Shown here: positions 54,410-64,000 of the stretch, one piece after another | How positions within the stretch are numbered: position 1 is the stretch's first letter | Layout of the letters: the number at the start of each line of letters is the position of its first letter | NCBI GenBank assembly: GCA_012295275.1 | Contig: CM022677.1 | Location: 20,708,001 to 20,772,000 of the forward strand | Length of the DNA: 64,000 nt | Direction: 5' to 3' | Source of the DNA: Chrysomallon squamiferum | Lineage: Eukaryota > Animalia > Mollusca | Notes under the pieces: generated by a model | Told to the model about the DNA's origin: nothing | Databases searched by the model: none | What the model saw: the letters and a program-made list of their open reading frames with translations, nothing else | Program-made: the position numbers and the translations under genes

Positions 54410-55868
54410 ATGGATCTTGCCATTTTAATAATTGTTTTCTTCACAAACCTCAATCAGCAAACAGTAGCTTCGAATTCTTGCCCCAGAATCTGTCAGTGTA
54501 AAACAGTACAGCTTTATAATACATGGAACGTTTATGATGTATTCTGCCCCAAAGTGAACAATACCTTTCCAGATCTAAACCTTCTGAAATCAATGAGAAA
54601 ACCAATCCAGCTACGTGTCGAAGACACTTACATAAAAAACGTAAAGAAATCCGATTTCTCGTCTAATTTAACTATCCTGAGTTTACAACTTAATGGACAA
54701 TTTTACGTACATTTGGAAGACGATGCATTTATTAATCTAGCAGACACGCTGCAGTATCTAAATCTGGAAAGTATCAAAATATCGTTTAAAAAAACACTAA
54801 GATTTCTAAACGGTCTAAAGAACCTAAAGAAACTTTCTCTAGGATACAACTATCAAAAGACTGGAATTCTGAACGACAATATTTTCAGTAATTTAAGTCT
54901 CTTGTCTCTGCAATTTATTGAACTTAACAATTGTAACCTCAAACATATAAATGACCATGCATTTAATAGTTTGTTATCGCTTCGAATCTTAAATCTCAAA
55001 GCGAACAGCTTACGTAAAGTGCCTTCTGCATTTACAAATATGAGACATCTTGCTCTGTTGAATCTGGAAAACAATCTCATCAGGAATATTAAGGAACATA
55101 ATTTTAAAGGACTTGTCAAACTAAGTTCTTTAATACTGTCTGGTAATCAACACATTTCTTTAAGACCATTTTGTTTCAGTCACTTGGCGTCTTCGTTAAA
55201 AATATTGATAATGCGAAACTGCAGCATGCAATATGTGCCAACTGCAATTGTGAAGTTGAAGCATTTAATTAAACTTGATCTTGCTGACAATGAGCTCAAG
55301 AATTTCAAAAGAAATTCTCTTCAAGGCGAAATTTGTCTTCATGAACTTGATCTGAGCTCATCAACGTTTCCATTATCTGAAGGAATTTTTCTTCAGCAAA
55401 GAAAATGTTTGAGAAAATTGTCACTTAGGAGAAGAAATATAAGTGTTGTTCCTGCACACGCTTTTCAAGGATTAACTAAACTTAGGATTCTTAATCTTAA
55501 AGACAACAAAATCAGAAGTTTCCAAAAGCAAACTTTTGGAGAATTGTCTCTCACTATGATAGACTTGTCTGAAAATCCACTGACTGATATAAAAGTTGAT
55601 GCATTTGAAGGACTTGGCTCGTCATTGTCCATAGGTCTACAAAATACAGACCTCAGAGATATAGATTTTATTCTACAATACGAAAAGAGGAAATTTCGTA
55701 CAGTCAAGTTGACGGGTACACGACTTATTTGTAGTTGTACAGTGTATGAAATTCTCGTCAATCTACAGTACGGAACACTGGAAGGCTCTTGTTTTATGAA
55801 CACGAAAGAATTAATGTTTTCAAGTTCACTGACGAAATCCAAAATACGAGATTACCATCACTGTGACT
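54410..55868 (+). CDS. B2 signal peptide + LRR exon
   Basis: ORF 54368-55912; same length (1459 nt) and splice sites as B1. Confidence 0.93.
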
Positions 55869-56002
55869 GTGAGTATTTATTTGTTAATGAAATTCTGAAT
55901 TGTAATCTTTAACCCGTTTTTATCTATAATTCGCCTGTCATTGAGAGAGATAGAGAGGAAACAATAGAAAGAATGAGAGAGAGGGAGAGAGAGAGAGACA
56001 GC

Positions 56003-56057
<55 letters not shown>

Positions 56058-58277
56058 CGCGTCTATTTATTGTCTTTGATCTATACTGACTAATACAAAA
56101 TTGTTTGTTTCTATGTTTCAGTGTCGGGGACGTGGTCACTGTGGACGAGACAACGCGGTGAATTGTGTGATGCTGACTGTTTTCAATATGTAAACTTTTC
56201 ACGTGTGTGTTTAAAACGAAGTTCTTGTACAGGAGAAACTATACTAACCAGAAAAGTGAAATGTTTAAACTGTGAAAGAAGTAAGTAAAACTCGAGATGA
56301 AATAGACTCATTACTAAAATGTAAAAGAAAATAGTCATACCAGTTTAAGAATAATGAAGTATACTAAGGTGAGAAGACTTTAAAAAATTATCTGCCGACA
56401 GATATATTTATATAGTCCTGTCAGTACAGCGCAAATCAGTTTGATCTTTAAAATGAAAGCTAGTAATCATCTCTGTATGCAGTGAGTTGTGTATCAATAG
56501 TATTGATGCACATCTAGAAAGAAAAAAAAAACCTCCCCACCAAAAAAACATAAACAGCAACAAGAAGTAGAAACCAATGTCAAACAGACACAGTAATAAT
56601 TAAAACACTTGCAGACGAAACGTGATTAACTTGTTATAACGAACCTCAAAATATTTGCAATTTCAGCAACAGGACTGTGGAGTACGTGGTTAAGAGTTAG
56701 TTCTACTCAGTGTGATGTCAGCTGTAAACAAAGAGTGACCTTTCTTCGACAGTGTAAACCAGCAGACAGCAGTGACACGCCATCTGTCAGGTGTAAGGGA
56801 GATAACAGAATTCGCACGACATTACAGAACTGTACAGGTGATCGATGCGTCACTCACGAAGGCCGCTTAAGTCCTGACCGTAATAACAGTACTCACCTTT
56901 ACGAAAGAATTGCACTTGTTGCTGCTATGAAAGGTAAACTAAAATACAATAAAGATAACTCAGGATAAGATAAGATAAGATATTAGAATAGAACAGAATA
57001 GAATAGAATAGAATATAATAAAATATGATAAAATAAATGAATGAAAAAAATACGATTAGGCTAAATTATGTAAAATGGTACATAGGTTTTTGTACATTGT
57101 ATTGACAATGATGATGATCATGATGACAGTAACAGAAACAAGAATAATACAACAAAGAATAAAAACAACAAATATAAAAGAGTATATTTAAAAAATTAAC
57201 AAATAAATGACAATTTGAAAGATAGTACGGAAAATAATAAAAAAAGGAACAACAAAGAAACATACATACATATATATATATATGTGCATTTTCTGTTGTT
57301 TTATTGATGATTTATAATTTATTTCCTTCTTTTAATGTTCTACATTTAATTTTTATTGTTTTTTCTTAGCTATTGGAGGATGGACGCATTGGATTCGTAT
57401 AGACGACATATCATGCAGCGTCACTTGCGGTTATGGTGTGTTAGAAATAGACGAAATTCGATACTGTGTAACCAATGTTCCTGGAAATTGTATTGGAATA
57501 GCGAAGAGACACCGCGTGTGGTCATGTACTAATGCTGTGTGTGAGGGTAAGATGTCTTGGTTTTAAGGAATAAAACTGGTTTTGTAGCAGCAATAAAACG
57601 CTTTTTGTTGAAATTCTCTTTGGTTATGTTATATCAAGTTCGTAAGTTTATAAATAAATAAACAAAGAAACAAATAAATAAATAAATTAATTAATTAATT
57701 AACGAGATGTGATCGTTATAACTAAATATATAAATTAACTATTTAAAAATGTATTTCAAACATAAATAAACAAATACATCAAATATATATGCCCATCTTT
57801 ATATATGTATAAAAACTTTATAAATTAAAAAATAATTAAAAATATCTTTGTATTCAAGCGTGTGTGTATATCTATATTTACATATACATATATCTATATT
57901 TACACATACATATATCTATATTTACACATACATATATATATATATATAAAATCACTCTATATATGTTCACACTCACAGACATACACACACATATATATAT
58001 CCGTGGTATATATATATATATATGAAATCACTCTTATCTTGTAGACGATTCTGGATGGGGTGAATGGCGTACAGTGCGAGTATCAGCGTGTAGTGTTTCG
58101 TGTGGTGTTGGTGTTGAAATTCACGACAAAGTTCGAGACTGTGTTAAGAAGCGCATAAAGAAATGCGATGGTTCTGGTTCTAGAAGTGAAGCTAAAGAGT
58201 GCAGAACAGGCATTACCTGTCCCAGTAAGATATATATCTAAATCTGTATCTATATCTATATCTATATATTATTTACA

Positions 58278-58341
<64 letters not shown>

Positions 58342-59261
58342 CATTACTGTTGTTATTGTTTTAGTTGTTATCATTTTTCGTATTTTTGTATATATATATA
58401 TATATACATTTTGATTTTATCATTATTTTTCTTAATTGTTTATTAAGTTATTTATATTTAATAATTGTATTATTATTATTATTATTAATATGATTATTAT
58501 TATTATTATTATTTAGATTTTTATTATTATTATTATCGTCATTAGATATTTATTATTTTTATTATTATTATTTTTATTATTATTGTTGTTGTTGTTTTTG
58601 TTGTTATTGTTTTCGCTGTTATCATTTTTCGTATTTTTGTATTTTGTGTTTCATGTTGCTAATTACTTTTTACTCTTTTTTTTCTAAAACATTATCAAAC
58701 ATAAATGAAGATGAGGGACAACTGGGTAGGTATCATTACTTTTTTTTTACGTAAATGTATTCTCATAGATGCACGGCATTACACACACACAGACAGAGAT
58801 ACAAATTAAGTTGATTTTTTAAAATAATATTTATTATTAGCAGTTCAGCAAATCCTCTATTTTATGTAAATTATTCATGAAATTTTAATTTTAACTAGTT
58901 TTGCTTTTGCTGTCATACTGATAGATTCTATATAGTTCTATTGTTATGTACGATACTGTAAATGCACCAGCTTGTTATAATTAGGTTAAATTTGGTGTGA
59001 AAAGGTCGACATGCGCTATAGACAATGGCCCGGTTATAAATACAATTCTGTACTTCATTAGTTTGCATTTTAGTTACAAAGCAATCAAAATTGAAGTAAT
59101 AAAATCACCATCTGAGTGAGTTACGTGGACATGATAGGCAAGGATACATTTTATATTATGAATACATAATAAACAGACAGATAGACACAAATCACAAACG
59201 TTGTTCGTAAGTGTATCATCTGGTCTGTATACATGTAATAATAAGAATAATAATGATGATG

Positions 59262-59320
<59 letters not shown>

Positions 59321-60220
59321 AAGAAGAAGAAGAAGAAGAAGAAAAAAGAAAAAGAAGAAGAAGAAAATATATGTATATAAATAAATAAATAACAGAGACT
59401 AAGTCAGTCAAAGATTATGTGTAGCACATATTTCGTCTCTCTGGGTTTCCTTCTTTCCAGAACATATATAGATATGTATACACATAAATTATAATTCATT
59501 AGTGAATGGTGGATGGACGTCTTGGTACAGCGTACTTCATACTGAATGTACTGCGACCTGCGATTCTGGTTTTGAAATTTCCTTCCTTCAAAGAGCATGT
59601 GCGCAGCCGAGTGCACAGAATGGCGGAAAATCTTGCCAAGGTTCCAACATCAAAATGATTTACGACAGATGTTTTACTGTGCTTTCTTGTCGCTGTAAGT
59701 TTCTTTCGATTTTATTATCTGCATTACTGAAGTAAAAAAGAAAATAATAAAATTAAAAAAGAATGCTACCAGAACAATTTATATCTAGTAGAAGTAACAT
59801 TTTATAGTAATTTCTGACCATCATTGAATAAACTGGTCATTCTGCTTCAATTGTTATTATTTCTATCATCATTATCATCATTGTTTCATCTATTCATTTA
59901 TCAATTAATTACACAGTATTGCGTTCATCTTCTCATTATCAATAAATAAAAAAGAAAACCAACGAAACATTGAATGCAGTTCAAAAGTAGCTGGCATAGC
60001 GAACTGAGATTATCATAACTTTTTTTCACAAATAGAAAGAGCAATACGTTTATACAAATAAAGGTATTGACAGACAGGTATACAGAGAGATAGACAGATA
60101 TACAGAGACACAGACAAATATAGAGAGACAAAGACGGATTATACAGAAAGATAGACGGACAGTGATGGACATATATCTAGAAAGATAGAAAGATAGCAAG
60201 AATCAATGTACAATCTGCTT

Positions 60221-60285
<65 letters not shown>

Positions 60286-62553
60286 CAATGTAATCAAATT
60301 AAGACTAAGAAGGCTGAAAGCTGCATAGCCTATACATTACAATCGGCATTTCAATTCAGATATATCACGCTGGACTCAGTGGGAATATGTATCACGAACT
60401 CCATGCTCTGTGACTTGTGGAATTGGTATAAGCATAGCTAAGAGTGTACGAAGATGTATAGATGCTGACAAAGCCCCGTGTGCCGGTGAGAGTATCAGAA
60501 ATGATTACTCTCCGTGTAACATTTTTGGTTGTCCTGGTAATTTTTAGACATTTTCTCTTGCATTTTTGTTTCTACTGTTTCTTTCTTTTAGTATATGTGT
60601 GTGTGTGTGTGTGTTTTTTTTTTTTGTGTAGACACGCATACATACATACATAAATAGATATATAAATTGTTTCGTGTTTGTATTGTTTCATTATGATTCG
60701 GATTCTGATTATTGATTTTGTTTTGGTGCTTATTATATATATATGTATATGAATGTATGTATATGTGTATGTATGCATGTATGTATGTATGTGTGTGTGT
60801 TTGTGAGACTGAAAGCAGAGACGAATACTTATGCATAATATTGTTTCTTAATTAAATTATTAGTATAATTGTTACTATGTTTATTAATACTACTTCTACT
60901 ACTATGCTAATTCTGACACTACACTACTGTCACTACTTATATAACAATTACTATAAATAACTTTTCACATATATGACCTTTAAACTTTTTTATTATTATT
61001 TTTTCCTGCTCATTTGAAAATGTTTACAACAACTAAACAAATGAAGGAGACCTTAATTTCCCTTCTACCCAACCTGGTACGTATGACATTAAATAATGTC
61101 GTTGGTGTGTGTGTGTGTGTGTATTTATATCTACGTGCTGTAGGAAAATATGAGATGTAAAATAGTGTGGAAATAAGACGAGGTTAACGAAGTCACATGG
61201 GAAGTAACTCTAACATATTTTGTATTTCTAAATTTATAGCAAAAGAGAATCATCTAGAAACCTAATCTCGTTCAAACCGGACATTTTTTAAGGTGTTTAC
61301 TGTGTGTGTGTGTGTGTGCGTCTGCACTCATATTGATATTATTACTACTATTATTATTATAAGTTAATATTCTTTTCTATTTCATCGACTAACTGAACAA
61401 AAATAACTGAACAAATCCAGCTGAGATAACTAGATTTCGTACCATAGCCAGTAAGTACAACTTACATTTGCAGAAATATTGACTTTAAATGCACAAAACT
61501 TCGAAAATGCTTTCCAAAGAACGCTAGTCTTTTTTTTTTTTTTTTTTTTTACATTTTATTATTTTAATCATTGATATTTTTTATCGTAAACTGAAAATTT
61601 AAAATATACCATAAAAAGAGATACTTTTAAAAGTATTCTTTTATTTATGCATCTAATTTTTTTTTTTTTTAATTTCCATATAAATTTATTTACATGCATA
61701 ATTGGTTTTTCTTTTTTTTTTTTTTTTTTGTTTTCTCATAAAGTTGATATGCAGACTTGAAGAGACAGATATTTTTAAATAAATAATTTATTTATTTATT
61801 TGCAAGGATGATCTTGTACTAACATGAATGCATTAAAAAATGCACAGTTTAGTTAATTAGTTTATTGCTTTAATGGCTTTATTTTATAAATCGATAAATA
61901 CTTTCTTGCACACATACATAATTTATTTATTTATTTATTTATTTATTTATTCAGCCACTCAGAGACCGCGTACAAATGAAACAGGTAAAATAAAATAAAA
62001 ATAAAAATAAGTTTACTGATTATTTTTTGGCATGTCAACACAGCATTACATACAAATTTCCGAAGGTAAACTCAAATTTTTGAAAAAAAAAAACAATCGA
62101 AAAGACAAACATTCTTATTCACTTTTCTACTCTTTCGTCCGTTTGTTCATCACTCACTCACTCATTCTTTTCAATAATACATTTAGCCGAATCTCGTTTA
62201 CCCTCTAACACCAATGTCTCACTCTTTCCTTCACACTATAAAGAAAGGTGGAAATACATATTTTTATGCAGGTTTAGTATTCTGAAATCTGGAAAAAAGA
62301 ATAAAACTTAAATAATATATATATATATAGGGGGTGTCCCAGAAGTCACGCACCATGAAGATTTTTATTTAGATACATATGAATAAAAAATTTATTAATA
62401 ATAATCATAACAAATGCTCAAATTGCTTGCCCTCTGCATTGATACATACTTCAATTCTCTTTATAAAACTGTTTTTTACTCTGTTGAGGGTTTCGCTACT
62501 AATTTATGTGTATCTAAATAAAAATCTTCATGGTGCGTGACTTCTGGGACACC

Positions 62554-62649
<96 letters not shown>

Positions 62650-63650
62650 ATTATTATTTTTTTTAATTTCCAGATTTCAGAATATATGCATATAATGTAT
62701 TATTTTATGTTATTTATTTATTTCTGAAGTGGATGTTGGTTGGTCTACATGGCATATTGGACTTAGTACAGACTGTACAGTCACATGTGGTTTTGGTCAT
62801 ACGGAAGACTACTTCTATCGAAAATGTGACAACCCACCACCACAAAACGGAGGACAGAGTTGCTATGGACCTTTAATAAAACACAGGGTACTATCGTGTG
62901 TGGAGCGAGAATGTCCTAGTACGGTTCATCAACTTTAATCTTATAAAACATTTTTTTTTTTCAGAGGTCAAAAACAGTATGTATGGTCATTCATCCAAAT
63001 GAACTAACGATGATGGCAATATCTTATTGTTTCGTTCAGATATTCTTTGTATGTAGTCCGAAGTAAAACCTTCTTATTTGTTTATATATATATATATATA
63101 TATATTGCAGTCAATGTAACCATCTGAGATAAGAAAAATAATAAAAGAAAAACAAATATGACTAAAATAATGAAAGACCTAGAGTAATGCATTCTTATCC
63201 GCCTAAATATATATTTATATATGAGCGTAAATGTAGCTGCATATCTACGTACACACGCAAACATAGATAACAGTAAATAAATAGATATGCAGATAAAGAT
63301 ATTTAGATTGATATTTATATATATAAATTCATAAATCGATAGGTTGGTAAGTAGAAATAGAAATAGACAGAGATAGTCATGTAATTGTGTAGACATGTAA
63401 ATAGATAGACGCATCAATCGACAAAGAAATGTAACTAATGGAAGTAAAAATGATAATAATTTTCTAGATGATCCTGGGTGGACCACGTGGAAGCAGAGAA
63501 GGGCGTCGTTGTGCAGTGTGACGTGTGGAGTTGGTGTGAGCACTGTGACTCTGACTCGAAAGTGTCCTTACATTTACAGAGGAGTGTGCCAAGGACCTTT
63601 CTGGAGATATGATATCAAAACATGTGACACCAACGTTACCTGTCCTGCTG
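54410..63650 (+). CDS. Gene B2: LRR-TSP1 protein, open reading frame, 3' end outside the window
   Basis: LRR 54410-55868; TSP1 56122-56280, 56667-56933, 57370-57546, 58045-58224, 59503-59694, 60360-60536, 62730-62918, 63468-63650; micro-exons 58711-58725, 61047-61076, 61421-61450, 61955-61984. All phase 1 and stop-free. Confidence 0.87.
62330..62556 (-). mobile_element. 227-bp Tc1/mariner-derived non-autonomous element (MITE) in a TA tract
   Basis: Perfect ~45-bp TIRs (GGGTGTCCCAGAAGTCACGCACCATGAAGATTTTTATTTAGATAC); right end CACCCTG-TA; interior minus strand reads ETLNRVKNSFIKRIEVCINAEGKQFEHLL*, like a Tc1/mariner transposase C-terminus; absent in B1 (~35610). Confidence 0.9.
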
Positions 63651-63886
63651 GTAAATTAATTGTCTTGTTTTTTTTTTTACGTTTTCTTTGTTTATTTATT
63701 TATGTGTTAATTTATTTATTTGTGTATCTTTTCGTTGTGTTTTTTTCCGAAATTTAGTTTAAAAACGTTCAATGTCTAGTAAGAGAAGAAAGTAAATAGA
63801 AGATAATAAATAAATGAATTAATAAATAAATAAATAAATTGAAGTAAATAACAACAAGTTTTATCGTTTCTGTTATTATCATTGTG

Positions 63887-63961
<75 letters not shown>

Positions 63962-64000
63962 GTTATTGTTACTGTTATTATTATTATTATTATTATTATT

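Overview
This is very AT-rich, microsatellite-laden metazoan genomic DNA with GT-AG introns. The repeat style resembles molluscan/cephalopod genomes, but the taxon is not established from sequence alone. Manual splicing shows that nearly the whole window is one tandemly duplicated locus of two paralogous, head-to-head genes, A (minus strand) and B (plus strand). Both encode type-I single-pass membrane proteins: signal peptide, LRRNT, ~13-14 LRRs and LRRCT (one ~1.45 kb exon), then 4 (A) or 9 (B) thrombospondin type-1 (TSP1) exons, spacers/stalk built from symmetric phase-1 micro-exons of 12-42 nt, a TM exon, and a short tail with a conserved KFGxxNPxF motif and no TIR or kinase domain. Three A/B cassettes are visible. 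Cassette 1 is A1 (open, runs off the left end) plus a B remnant. Cassette 2 is A2 plus B1, both complete but each with a 1-nt frameshift. Cassette 3 is an A remnant plus B2 (open, runs off the right end). B1 and B2 TSP1 exons differ almost only by amino-acid-changing substitutions, which suggests diversifying selection. Introns carry decayed KRBA2/SCAND3-type integrase remnants, a Tc1/mariner-derived MITE and local tandem duplications that multiply micro-exons. All gene models are hand-derived and lack transcript support.
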